DNA of 63,926 nt, the filler included, from Octopus bimaculoides (taxonomy: Eukaryota): the NCBI RefSeq assembly GCF_001194135.2. It is 5 parts of 4 records of this genome, joined end to end, with 100 filler letters (N's around TTAATTAATTAA, not from the genome) between each part and the next. Parts side by side here need not be neighbours in the genome. Positions count along the whole stretch, not along the records: positions 17,374 to 35,326 come from NC_068983.1; positions 35,427 to 44,228 come from NC_068983.1; positions 44,329 to 62,684 come from NC_068995.1; 2 more parts are not named here. One strand, given 5' to 3'. This document shows positions 34,975-47,760 of this stretch, piece by piece; position 1 is the first letter of the stretch; each line of letters opens with the position of its first letter. The position numbers and the translations under genes were made by a program. Under the pieces are notes generated by a model, which saw only the letters and a program-made list of their open reading frames with translations, had not been told where the DNA came from and ran no database searches.

Positions 34975-35326
34975 GGCATAGGAGTGGCTGTGTGGTAAGT
35001 AGCTTGTTTACCAACCACATGGTCCCGGGTTCAGTCCCACTGCGTGGCATCTTGGGCAAATGTCTTCTACTATAGCCTTGGGCCGACCAAAGCCTTGTGA
35101 GTGGATTTGGTAGACGGAAACTGAAAGAAGTCTGTCGTATATATGTATGTGTGTATGTATTTGTATGTCTGTGTTTGTCCTCGCAACATCGCTTGACAAC
35201 TGATGCTGGTGTGTTTACGTCCCCGTAACTTAGCGGTTCGGCAAAAGAGACCGATAGAATAAGTACTAGGCTTCCAAAGAATAAGTCCTGGGGTCGATTT
35301 GCTCGACTAAAGGCGGTGCTCCAGCA
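34975..35326 (+). mobile_element. SINE family C, near full length, ends at a linker
   Basis: ggcataggagtggctgtgtggtaagtagcttg...ggttcagtcccactgcg...ggcggtgctccagca. Confidence 0.92.
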
Positions 35327-35426
35327 NNNNNNNNNNNNNNNNNNNNNNNNNNNNNNNNNNNNNNNNNNNNTTAATTAATTAANNNNNNNNNNNNNNNNNN
35401 NNNNNNNNNNNNNNNNNNNNNNNNNN
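35327..35426. other. Scaffolding linker 44N-TTAATTAATTAA-44N
   Basis: Same structure as 17274-17373. Confidence 0.95.
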
Positions 35427-35498
<72 letters not shown>

Positions 35499-35759
35499 GC
35501 ATGTGTGTATCTACATAAATATGCAGGTATGCATGTGCATACATGTGCATGTATGTATGTATATATGTATATATATTTATATATATATATATATATACAT
35601 GCGAGTATATACATATTATATACACATGTGAGTAGCTGTGCATATTTTAGTGTAACTGCATGTGAAATAGTGAAAACATACACACACTTACACACACACA
35701 AACACACACACTCATATACATGCACACACACTTACATACACACACACTTAAATACAGTT

Positions 35760-35878
35760 AGACAACAGATAGATAAATATATATGTAGATAAACAGATAC
35801 ATAGATAAATAGATAGCTAGATTGACAGACAGACAGAAAAACAGACAGACAAATAGATGGATAGATAAACAGATAGAC

Positions 35879-35945
<67 letters not shown>

Positions 35946-35970
35946 CAGATAGATAAATAGATAGATAGAT
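35760..35970. repeat. (GATA)/(GACA)n tract
   Basis: Directly visible. Confidence 0.95.
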
Positions 35971-36249
35971 ATTAATAAGTACTTGTATACTCATCTTCAA
36001 AGCAGATACAATATATATCTATCTGCATACATAACTAGCTTGCACACAGACATGCACATATTTACAACACCCTCTGAGACACACCTTTAAACATAAATTT
36101 CCTTTTAAAAAAAAGTGCTTGTTACAATAGATCCAATTAATTATTATGAATATTTAAACTTTGTATAAAACATTCACAAACAGTAAAATATGTGTGTGTG
36201 TATTGATACATATATATATATATATATATAGATATAAATATATATATAC

Positions 36250-36281
<32 letters not shown>

Positions 36282-37038
36282 ACACACACACNNNNNNNNN
36301 NNNNNNNNNNNNNNNNNNNNNNNNNNNNNNNNNNNNNNNNNNNNNNNNNNNNNNNNNNNNNNNNNNNNNNNNNNNNNNNNNNNNNNNNNNNNNNNNNNNN
36401 NNNNNNNNNNNNNNNNNNNNNNNNNNNNNNNNNNNNNNNNNNNNNNNNNNNNNNNNNNNNNNNNNNNNNNNNNNNNNNNNNNNNNNNNNNNNNNNNNNNN
36501 NNNNNNNNNNNNNNNNNNNNNNNNNNNNNNNNNNNNNNNNNNNNNNNNNNNNNNNNNNNNNNNNNNNNNNNNNNNNNNNNNNNNNNNNNNNNNNNNNNNN
36601 NNNNNNNNNNNNNNNNNNNNNNNNNNNNNNNNNNNNNNNNNNNNNNNNNNNNNNNNNNNNNNNNNNNNNNNNNNNNNNNNNNNNNNNNNNNNNNNNNNNN
36701 NNNNNNNNNNNNNNNNNNNNNNNNNNNNNNNNNNNNNNNNNNNNNNNNNNNNNNNNNNNNNNNNNNNNNNNNNNNNNNNNNNNNNNNNNNNNNNNNNNNN
36801 NNNNNNNNNNNNNNNNNNNNNNNNNNNNNNNNNNNNNNNNNNNNNNNNNNNNNNNNNNNNNNNNNNNNNNNNNNNNNNNNNNNNNNNNNNNNNNNNNNNN
36901 NNNNNNNNNNNNNNNNNNNNNNNNNNNNNNNNNNNNNNNNNNNNNNNTATATATATTTATGTATGCATGTGTGTGTATTTGCATGTATATATATTATATA
37001 TATGTGTGTGTGTGTGTGTATGTATATGTACATATGTA

Positions 37039-37072
<34 letters not shown>

Positions 37073-37629
37073 CACACGCACACACACTCACATGCATACA
37101 CACACACGCTCACATATATACTTTGTAAGATACTGTTGAAGTGTACTTTATGCAAAATTCACCTATTTTTAATAATTAATTAGAAGTCATTGTAAGAACA
37201 TATTTGAAAAATATTTGTTTAGAGGTGTGTCGATTAAAATTTGAGGTGTTAGTATATATCCAGGACAAAAGCATCATTTACACTGGAAAATTACTGAGTA
37301 ATGATGTAAAACCTCATGGGCCAACAACATTGCCACTATATGACCACTTGTTCTGCTAGAAATAGCGACCAAATCTCATGCCTATGACACTGTTGTATAA
37401 GGAAGAGGCAGAAAGATGTGCTTGATAATGTAGTTCGCGTGGTCATTGCCTGACTGTCTTTGATTATAAGTGCGGCTGGCTGGAGTTGACTTGGGGCTAA
37501 ACAGCAACTGTAACTCCAGTAACACTAGCATCATCATCATTATCATCATCAATAACAACAGGAATATTGGTAACAATTGCAGAAACAGCAACAGCTATGA
37601 CAATAATAACAATAAAAACACCAATGATA

Positions 37630-37810
37630 ATTGTTTCTTTCGTAGACCCATGGGCTGGAATTTTGAGGGAGTGTGTTTGTCTATTACTTCAACTCCAGTG
37701 CTCTACTGGTACTTACTTCATCAACTCCAAAAGTGTAAAGGGCAAAGTCGATCTTGGTGGAATTTGAACTCAGAATACAAAGACAGATGATATGCTGCCA
37801 AGTATTTTGT
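37630..37810 (-). mobile_element. SINE family A
   Basis: ctggtacttacttcatcaactcc...ggcaaagtcgatcttggtggaatttgaactcagaa. Confidence 0.8.
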
Positions 37811-37834
37811 CTAGTCCCTTTTTTTTTTTCTTTT

Positions 37835-38084
37835 TCCTGTTTCAATCATTTGACTGTGGCCATGCTGGAGGCACCGCCTTTAGTCGAGGAAATACACCCC
37901 AGGACTTATTCTTTGTAAGCCTAGTACTTATTCTATCAGTCTCTTTTGCCGAACCGCTAATGTTACGGGGACCTAAACACACCAGCATCGGTTGTCAAGC
38001 AATGTTGGGGGGGACAAACACAGACACACAAACATACACACACACATACATATATGTATATATATATACATATATACGACAGGC
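37835..38084 (-). mobile_element. SINE family C tail and internal microsatellite, running into a gap
   Basis: ttgtttcaatcatttgactgtggccatgctggaggcaccgcc...ttttgccgaaccgcta...ggttgtcaagc. Confidence 0.9.
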
Positions 38085-38550
38085 NNNNNNNNNNNNNNNN
38101 NNNNNNNNNNNNNNNNNNNNNNNNNNNNNNNNNNNNNNNNNNNNNNNNNNNNNNNNNNNNNNNNNNNNNNNNNNNNNNNNNNNNNNNNNNNNNNNNNNNN
38201 NNNNNNNNNNNNNNNNNNNNNNNNNNNNNNNNNNNNNNNNNNNNNNNNNNNNNNNNNNNNNNNNNNNNNNNNNNNNNNNNNNNNNNNNNNNNNNNNNNNN
38301 NNNNNNNNNNNNNNNNNNNNNNNNNNNNNNNNNNNNNNNNNNNNNNNNNNNNNNNNNNNNNNNNNNNNNNNNNNNNNNNNNNNNNNNNNNNNNNNNNNNN
38401 NNNNNNNNNNNNNNNNNNNNNNNNNNNNNNNNNNNNNNNNNNNNNNNNNNNNNNNNNNNNNNNNNNNNNNNNNNNNNNNNNNNNNNNNNNNNNNNNNNNN
38501 NNNNNNNNNNNNNNNNNNNNNNNNNNNNNNNNNNNNNNNNNNNNNNNNNN

Positions 38551-39123
38551 ACTTCAGCAGAATTAGAACTCAGAAAGTGAGGACGGATGAAATGCCACGA
38601 AGTATTTTGCACTGAGTGATAACGGTTCTGTCAGCTCACTGCTTTAATAGTAATAATAATAATTATTATTTCAAATTTTTGCCACAAGGGCAGCTTGGTG
38701 GGGGTCTGGATGAGTCAATTACATTGACCCCCCCCCCAGTGTTCAGCTGGTACTTATTTTATCAACCTCGAAAGGATGAAAGGCAAAGTCAACCTTGGTG
38801 GAATTTGAACTCAGAAACGTAGCAACGGGCCAAATACTGCTAAGCATTTTGTCCAGCATGCTTACAATTCTTCCAGCTCATCACCTTAATAATAGTAATA
38901 ATAATGATAATAATGGTGATGATGATAATCCTTTCTATTATAGGCACAAGGCCTGGAATTTGTTAGGAGGAGGAAAGTCAATTACATTGACCCTAGAATT
39001 TGACTGGTACTCAATTTATCGACCCTAAGGGGATGAAATGCAAAGTTGACCTCAGCGGAATTTGAACTCAGAACAAAGTGGCAGATGAAATACACTAAGC
39101 AGTTCGTCCAGCATGCAAACAAT
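38551..39123 (-). mobile_element. Three SINE family A copies in head-to-tail tandem
   Basis: Units at ~38551-38645, 38670-38885 and 38930-39123, separated by (AAT)/(GAT) tracts. Confidence 0.85.
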
Positions 39124-39679
39124 NNNNNNNNNNNNNNNNNNNNNNNNNNNNNNNNNNNNNNNNNNNNNNNNNNNNNNNNNNNNNNNNNNNNNNNNNNNNN
39201 NNNNNNNNNNNNNNNNNNNNNNNCAGCAACAATAATAGCATTGACAACAACGTAATAACAACAACAACAACATTAACAACCACGACAACAACAACAGCAG
39301 CAGCAGCAGCAACAACTGTTGTTATAGCAAAGCAATAATTAAAGCAACAAACAATTACAACAATAACAACAACATGGACAGGAATGTCTGAAATCCTAAA
39401 TAAAATAATTGACATTCAGTACAAGAAGACTGCTGAAGCTATTTTGGTTTATAAAAACATATCCTGTCATCAGAAGTTAAGTATTAGATAGGGAGGTGGT
39501 GTTGGAAGAATGTGACAGCTGGGGTTTCATTATATCAATAAAGTTAATGCCTGATGTATTGACTATCACACTTAAACACACATACACACACACACACATA
39601 AAGGAGAAAATAACTTGTTCTCTGTTTAATTAAAATTTATCACTTCATTGGAGAAAGAAAATAGGCACATCATAATGGT

Positions 39680-40358
39680 AATTGTTAAGAAGCTTACTTC
39701 CCAAATAGAGGATTTTTGGATTCAGTCCCACTGCCTGGCAACTTGGGCAAGTGTCTTCTGCTATAACCATGGGCAACAAAAGCGTTTTTATATATATATA
39801 TATANNNNNNNNNNNNNNNNNNNNNNNNNNNNNNNNNNNNNNNNNNNNNNNNNNNNNNNNNNNNNNNNNNNNNNNNNNNNNNNNNNNNNNNNNNNNNNNN
39901 NNNNNNNNNNNNNNNNNNNNNNNNNNNNNNNNNNNNNNNNNNNNNNNNNNNNNNNNNNNNNNNNNNNNNNNNNNNNNNNNNNNNNNNNNNNNNNNNNNNN
40001 NNNNNNNNNNNNNNNNNNNNNNNNNNNNNNNNNNNNNNNNNNNNNNNNNNNNNNNNNNNNNNNNNNNNNNNNNNNNNNNNNNNNNNNNNNNNNNNNNNNN
40101 NNNNNNNNNNNNNNNNNNNNNNNNNNNNNNNNNNNNNNNNNNNNNNNNNNNNNNNNNNNNNNNNNNNNNNNNNNNNNNNNNNNNNNNNNNNNNNNNNNNN
40201 NNNNNNNNNNNNNNNNNNNNNGTAGCTTAGCGGTTCGGCAAAAGAGACAGATAGAATAAGTACTAGGCTTCTAAAGAATAAGTCCTGGGGTCAATTTGCT
40301 CAACTAAATGCGGTGCTCCAGTATGGCCGCAGTCAAATGACTGAAACAAGTAAAAGAG
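39680..40358 (+). mobile_element. SINE family C whose internal microsatellite is an N gap
   Basis: Head at 39680-39785, (TA)n plus gap 39805-40221, tail resumes at gtagcttagcggttcggcaaaagagac. Confidence 0.8.
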
Positions 40359-40393
40359 TAAAAGAGTATATATATATATATATATATATATAA

Positions 40394-40545
40394 TACAGGG
40401 GTTGGACAAAATAATGGAAACACCTTAAAATTTCAAACAAACTTATTTTAATATGGGTAAGGACTACCTTTGACAGTAATTTACAGAGATGTACTTTCAT
40501 AGCAAGTAGCTTGATCTGAAATTTTGTGCTGAAACAAAAACAATT
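40394..40545 (-). mobile_element. Tc1-type transposon 3' end with terminal inverted repeat
   Basis: TA|CAGGGGTTGGACAAAATAATGGAAACACC next to (TA)n. The reverse complement inside encodes ..VKGSPYPY*, resembling the Tc1 AKGGPTPY* C-terminus. Confidence 0.75.
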
Positions 40546-40548
40546 ACA

Positions 40549-40811
40549 ATGTGGAAGGTGTTTACGAGCCATTTAAAAATCACAAAAACCATTAGATTCA
40601 CTTCAACATTTAAATTTAATTTGTGTCAAACTATTTTTGTCGCTTTGAAACCGCAACCTGTTCACTGACAAAATTTCATGCTGCATGTCAGTGAACAGGT
40701 TGTGGTTTCAAAGTGCTGAAAATACTTTGACATAAATTAAATTTAAATGTTGAAGTGAATCTAACGGGTTTTGTGCATTTTTTATAAATGGCTTATAAAC
40801 ACCTTCCACAT
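40549..40811. mobile_element. Palindromic MITE / fold-back element
   Basis: Left arm 40549-40670 and right arm 40686-40811 are reverse complements (roughly 85-90% by eye) around a 15-nt spacer. Confidence 0.85.
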
Positions 40812-40832
40812 ATAAATATATATATGTACATA

Positions 40833-40893
<61 letters not shown>

Positions 40894-40984
40894 ACACACA
40901 ACACACACAGATACACACACACACACACACACACACATTTACACAACAACAACAACACACACACATGTATATATATCTATGATC

Positions 40985-41215
40985 GTCTTTATGCTTATGT
41001 TAGTTTCCCACCACTGTCACTTGACAACCAGTGCTTGTTTGTTTACATCCTTGTAGCATAATGGCTCAGCAAAAGAGATCACTAAAATTAGTACCAGGCT
41101 TTAGAATAAAGCAAAGAACAAGTACTGTGCTCTATTTGTTTAACTCAATCTTCCAAGGTGGTGTTCCAGCATGGCCATAGTCTATTCACTGAAAGGAGTA
41201 AAAGATAACAGATAA
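40985..41215 (+). mobile_element. SINE family C tail, degenerate
   Basis: cacttgacaaccagtgct...gcaaaagagatc...gtaccaggc...ggtgttccagcatggcc...gagtaaaaga. Confidence 0.75.
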
Positions 41216-42311
41216 CAGATAATTATTTCTCAGTATTAATTTTTTTTTTTTTAATTATTTGAGTAATAGTTTCATTTGTGACTTTTGGGAACTACTGATG
41301 AAGTCAGCAACATAATTGATTAAGCAAGAACAGAGAGACAGGACAAATCACTATATAATTGATATGCTTTCAGATCAAGAAACTCCCAAAAGATTTATAC
41401 AGNNNNNNNNNNNNNNNNNNNNNNNNNNNNNNNNNNNNNNNNNNNNNNNNNNNNNNNNNNNNNNNNNNNNNNNNNNNNNNNNNNNNNNNNNNNNNNNNNN
41501 NNNNNNNNNNNNNNNNNNNNNNNNNNNNNNNNNNNNNNNNNNNNNNNNNNNNNNNNNNNNNNNNNNNNNNNNNNNNNNNNNNNNNNNNNNNNNNNNNNNN
41601 NNNNNNNNNNNNNNNNNNNNNNNNNNNNNNNNNNNNNNNNNNNNNNNNNNNNNNNNNNNNNNNNNNNNNNNNNNNNNNNNNNNNNNNNNNNNNNNNNNNN
41701 NNNNNNNNNNNNNNNNNNNNNNNNNNNNNNNNNNNNNNNNNNNNNNNNNNNNNNNNNNNNNNNNNNNNNNNNNNNNNNNNNNNNNNNNNNNNNNNNNNNN
41801 NNNNNNNNNNNNNNNNNNNNNNNNNNNNNNNNNNNNNNNNNNNNNNNNNNNNNNNNNNNNNNNNNNNNNNNNNNNNNNNNNNNNNNNNNNNNNNNNNNNN
41901 NNNNNNNNNNNNNNNNNNNNNNNNNNNNNNNNNNNNNNNNNNNNNNNNNNNNNNNNNNNNNNNNNNNNNNNNNNNNNNNNNNNNNNNNNNNNNNNNNNNN
42001 NNNNNNNNNNNNNNNNNNNNNNNNNNNNNNNNNNNNNNNNNNNNNNNNNNNNNNNNNNNNNNNNNNNNNNNNNNNNNNNNNNNNNNNNNNNNNNNNNNNN
42101 NNNNNNNNNNNNNNNNNNNNNNNNNNNNNNNNNNNNNNNNNNNNNNNNNNNNNNNNNNNNNNNNNNNNNNNNNNNNNNNNNNNNNNNNNNNNNNNNNNNN
42201 NNNNNNNNNNNNNNNNNNNNNNNNNNNNNNNNNNNNNNNNNNNNNNNNNNNNNNNNNNNNNNNNNNNNNNNNNNNNNNNNNNNNNNNNNNNNNNNNNNNN
42301 NNNNNNNNNNN

Positions 42312-42597
42312 GTGAAAACACCTAAAGCTCCACGAGGCTCCGGCAGGGGATGGTGGCGAACCCTGCTGTACTCTTCCACCACAACTTTCTCTCACTCTTA
42401 CTTCCTGTTTCTGTTGTGCCTGTAATTCAAAGGGTCAGCCTTGTCACACTGTGTCATGCTGAATATCCCCGAGAACTACGTTAGGGGTACACGTGTCTGT
42501 GGAGTGCTCAGCCACTTGCACGTTAATTTCACGAGCAGGCTGTTCCGTTGATTGGATCAACTGGAACCCTTGACGTCATAAGCGACGGAGTGCCAAC
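42312..42597 (+). mobile_element. SINE family B (middle M2 + tail T1; head lost in gap), with (CAA)n tail
   Basis: Near-identical to the reverse complement of 21416-21710. Confidence 0.9.
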
Positions 42598-43734
42598 AAC
42601 AACAACAACAACAACAATATCATGACTGTCACTTGCAAGTGAATATAACTTGGTAATATGTACTGTAGCTGGTTGGTTACATGCATACGTGATTGTGTGT
42701 GAATGATGTAACAACACCAAGCAAACTTAATAGTAACTTTTAATTCACAGCATGAGTTTGTCATGAATTATAAAGTTGGTCATGAATAATAAAGTTTCAA
42801 CATCAAGTCAACTCAGTTGAAGGAATAATTCTGTTGCATTCATAATTAGTTGATTACAAAAGCTTGTTACAGAAGCATGTCAAGACAGGAGAAAATATAC
42901 TCAGTAGATTTATTTCAGCTAGCTAAATCAGCATAACCAAGTTGAGCAGATAGTTGTGAAAACAACCATTACAAAGGAGAGAGAGTGTGTGTAACATGTT
43001 CACAAGTTACCACATATTCTGTTAATTGGTGCTAAAACTAGCTTTTATTTAACCATTGTAGGGAAAAGTTCTAAAGGGATCTAGATTGATCTAACAAATG
43101 AAGCCTGGTTACTGATTGGCCAATAACTCGGCCTTCCATATGAACAAGCCATTGTTATGTCATGATTTTAACTTTGTAATTTGACAACTCATTTTCAAGT
43201 CTCACTGCAGTATCATAGAAGCCCATGCAATTATGAACAGACATAAACATCCTCTTGATTTTCCTACTCATGACCCAGCAGAATATTGTGGATGTAATAG
43301 CTGGAGTGATAGAGGGCTGTTCTAGCAATTGACTTGTACTCGTTACAGGCTAGGAAGATTGGAGCAAAAATGGATTGAAGTGCCTTGCTAAACGACATAA
43401 TGCACAGACTTGTCTAAGAATTGAACACACAGTCTTATGACCATAAGCTGAACACTTTTACCTACTAAGCCATGTGACTTCACAATTCAGATGAAGTGAG
43501 TGTTAAAGTAGTTGATGTAAAGTGTGTCAAAAAGTTAACTTTAAATAATTATTTGGTGAGATAAAAAAACAAACTCAAAACTAATCACCAATGTTTTGAA
43601 AGGTATTTTGACAAGTGTGAGAGACAAGTCCAGACATGTTATGATATCATTGTATTTGACTTCATCAGGATGATGGAGTGTCTGAATTGCAAGAGTATTG
43701 GACAAAATGCATTGCAATATTTAGTTACAATTCA

Positions 43735-44170
43735 TTACGTTCTGAGTTCAAATCCCACTAAGGTCAATTTTTTTTTAACCTTTCCTCTCTTAGTGGTTGA
43801 TAAAATAAATTAGCAGTCAAGTACTGGGGTCATATAATTGACTGTTCCATTTTCTTCTAAATTTCTAGGTCTGTCTGTGCTTATATCAGGAACATATATT
43901 TTGACAAGCATGCTTTGGTATCATTTTGCATGATTTCCTGAAGCAGAATAGTAAGCACATTGGGCAAAGTGCTTAGCAGCATTTAGTCTGTCTTTTTGTT
44001 TTGAGTTCAAATCTTGCTGAGGTCGACTTTGCCTTTCATCCTTTTGGGGTCAATAAAATAAGTACCTGTTGATATAATTGTCTTTCATCCATGCAGGGTT
44101 GATAAAACAAACACTAGGATCGGTGTAATTAACTATCCACCCCCTCCAATTTCCTGGCCTTGTGCCTATA
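43735..44170 (+). mobile_element. Two SINE family A copies (43735-43880 partial, 43950-44170)
   Basis: ctgagttcaaatcccactaaggtcaa... and gagttcaaatcttgctgaggtcgactttgcctttcatccttttgggg. Confidence 0.8.
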
Positions 44171-44228
44171 ATAGAAAGGATTATTATTATAATTATCATT
44201 ATCATCACTACCACCATCATCATCATTA

Positions 44229-44328
44229 NNNNNNNNNNNNNNNNNNNNNNNNNNNNNNNNNNNNNNNNNNNNTTAATTAATTAANNNNNNNNNNNNNNNN
44301 NNNNNNNNNNNNNNNNNNNNNNNNNNNN
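44229..44328. other. Scaffolding linker 44N-TTAATTAATTAA-44N
   Basis: Same structure as 17274-17373. Confidence 0.95.
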
Positions 44329-45125
<797 letters not shown>

Positions 45126-46204
45126 GAAATGGACAGAGTGTGATATTGAGAAAGATATTTAGAGAGTGAGTAGTAATATCGAGTTCGATCGAAGTTAGTT
45201 TTTATTTATTGCATATTCTACTTTGTTGTTAATTTCCCCAAAGTAAGTTTCTGTATTTAAACTTCAAGGAAATCTTCTAAGCCTATCCTGAATGTTCAAA
45301 GTGTTGGAATGTTCGCGAATATGTCGACGATTTGGCTGCCGAGATTCACCAGAATCATTGATGCTAAAAATGTGAAATTACGCGAAGTTAAATAAGTATG
45401 GTACAACAGAAGGCTAAAGGTTGAATACAATGATTTATTATCTCCCAGATATTTGTAACTCGATGAAAAATTGCCAATAAATTCGATTAATGTTTCTTGT
45501 TTGTGATTTATGAGTTTTTGAGCTTAATCTTGAACACTTAACAATAATCCATTTCGGTAATCGGCTGTTGAGTTCTGCTTGTTGAAATATCAAAGTGATT
45601 TTATAAAGGAGTGAAAAGCGGGTGACAGAAATTTTGGCGCTACAATGTGGGTATATGCTTCTTTAAGGGGTTTACAACTATACTTCAACTAGAGAAAACA
45701 AATGTACGTATTTAATAGCATCGAAAGAATGAATAATGCTGTGTGTTTAGTAAGTCTGTTCTGTTCTATTATTGCCTGTGTGGTTTCAATATTTTCACTG
45801 TAAAACGAACAAAATATTGTATACTTTTCTTTATGCATCTCAGATATGATCACAATAATAACAAATAACGTCCAGAACTGCATCACTTTCTAAAACAAAA
45901 ATATTGTCAACTAATAGTGTTTTCTTCTTTTATTCACCGTATAACAATAGCTAGTTTGGATTTAACTGTTGTCTGCTTTTAAAAATGTCAACCTCAACTT
46001 AGCTATTATATTCCATGCAAATTCTTTCTCTGAGACTCACATCTTTTCTGTGTTAAAATTTTCCTCAATGCTTTATTCAATAAACACAGCTACACGATAT
46101 AGGTTTTTGGAGTACCATTAAATATTTTTCAGGACGTGGAAGTTATTAGTTTTTAGAAAGCCTTTCATTCTTGATATTGAGAAAAATCAACAGGCAATAG
46201 TATA

Positions 46205-46545
46205 TCTTGCCAGATACGGTCCTTAAACCCACTGAAAGCCAGTGCCACGTTGTAGTAGAGGGCGGCGGCGCTGAAAATTTATTGACTTGAGGATAGATTC
46301 GAGATCTTCTTGCTGACATCCGTCACTAGTTTATTGAACACAAAACGGGGTTAGCAGGAGGCTGTGTAGATGTAGGACAGTCTCTCGCTTGGCTTGATAT
46401 AAGGCCTATGTGTACCAGAGCCCAAGTCTAGAGTGACATCTAGGAAGTCTCCGGTGGTGAAGTTCATCTCGATAATAATTTTCTACCCCATGGAGCCGAG
46501 GGCGCTAATCAGGTCTTTTTTCAGCCTATCAACTATCTAGCCTAG
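46205..46545 (-). mobile_element. Nematis-like PLE RT thumb fragment
   Basis: Reverse-complement translation DRLKKDLISALGSMGRKIIIEMNFTTGDFLDVTLDLGSGTHRPYIKPSERLSYI...KKISNLSSSQ*IFSAAALYYNVALAFSGF, which fits FLDVT.DL...PY.KP..YI and IS.LSS..IF..A..Y..AL..SG. Confidence 0.75.
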
Positions 46546-47614
46546 ACTATACTTTTGTAAAATAAATTACCACTAAAATAATGTTTTAAGTCCTCCACTT
46601 ACCTGTGTAACGTTATGTTATTACCGGTAATTATAAGCAATTTATTGCATCCACATTCGATATAAACATACTGTAGGCGATTGGTCACCAATAGATGACA
46701 GCACACATTTTGTAAACATACCATTTTCAGCGAGTTTTGAGCCTACATTGAGTGCATTGGACTCAGGAAGATTTTTAATGTCATTTTTGGGTCATATAAG
46801 GCATCAAATACGAGATGTATGTGTGTGTGTGTGTGTTTATGCGTATGTTTATATATAGCTGCAGGATGACTGTAAGACTGTGCTGTATGGAGTTTGCTTC
46901 CCAACGACGTCGTTCCGGACTTTGTCTAATTACGGAACAGTAAAAGGTGATCTTTCGATTTGGTGAGGCGTGATCTGAAGGTAGCAAAGATTTGTCTCCT
47001 CGCTACTGTTATAGAAACAGTTCATTTTACATCCTAAGATAATATGGGAGTTTCTCTCATGATAACTACCACAATGTAGTTTGTTCTAATAGAACAACGT
47101 CTAAGTGTAGAGGAATATTACCTCTCAATAATGAGAACATTATTAACAATAATATTCAGTGATAATTTATTTGTTTTGATTAGTGGATTTCTCATAAATA
47201 TATATATGCGGGTGTGTGTGTGTGTTTGTGTGTTTTATGTGTGTGTGTGTGTTTGTGTGTTTTGTGTGTGTGTGTTTGTGTATGTGTGTGTGTGGGCATG
47301 TGTGTGTATGCATCAATAAATCCCGTAGTACAGCTTGATGTTTCAGATAGTATTCGTAGAAATAAAACTTCTACTTCTTGGTTAACCTATTACTTCAAGG
47401 CATCTTTTTTGTTCTCCTAAGTAATTATGGCTCCACTATATTTTTGTGCCAAAAGCATCAGTTTTTTTCCCTCTAACTGAGAATCTGGTACGAATGACAA
47501 CGTTCGAATTAAATATTTACTACATCGGCTGAAATATAATAAATACGCGTTGTAATGTAGAAACTTTGTATATAATATAAGTTGTGTATTCAAGACTATA
47601 CTGAGCTCATGTGT

Positions 47615-47760
47615 ATTCTCTTCTACTCTAGGCACAAGGCTCGAAATTTTTGGGAAGGGGGCCAATCGATTAGATCGTCACCAGTACCCAACTAGCACAT
47701 AATTTGTCGACCGCGAAAAGATAAAAGGCAAAGTCGACCTCGGCGGAATTTGCGTGTCTA
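47615..47760 (-). mobile_element. SINE family A, partial
   Basis: ctaggcacaaggc...gtcgaccgcgaaaagataaaaggcaaagtcgacctcggcggaattt. Confidence 0.78.

Noticed and set aside
46597-46750. Minus-strand donors CAG|GTAAGT (46602) and ATG|GTATGT (~46700)
   Set aside because: Only short open frames with mediocre acceptors and unrecognisable peptides.
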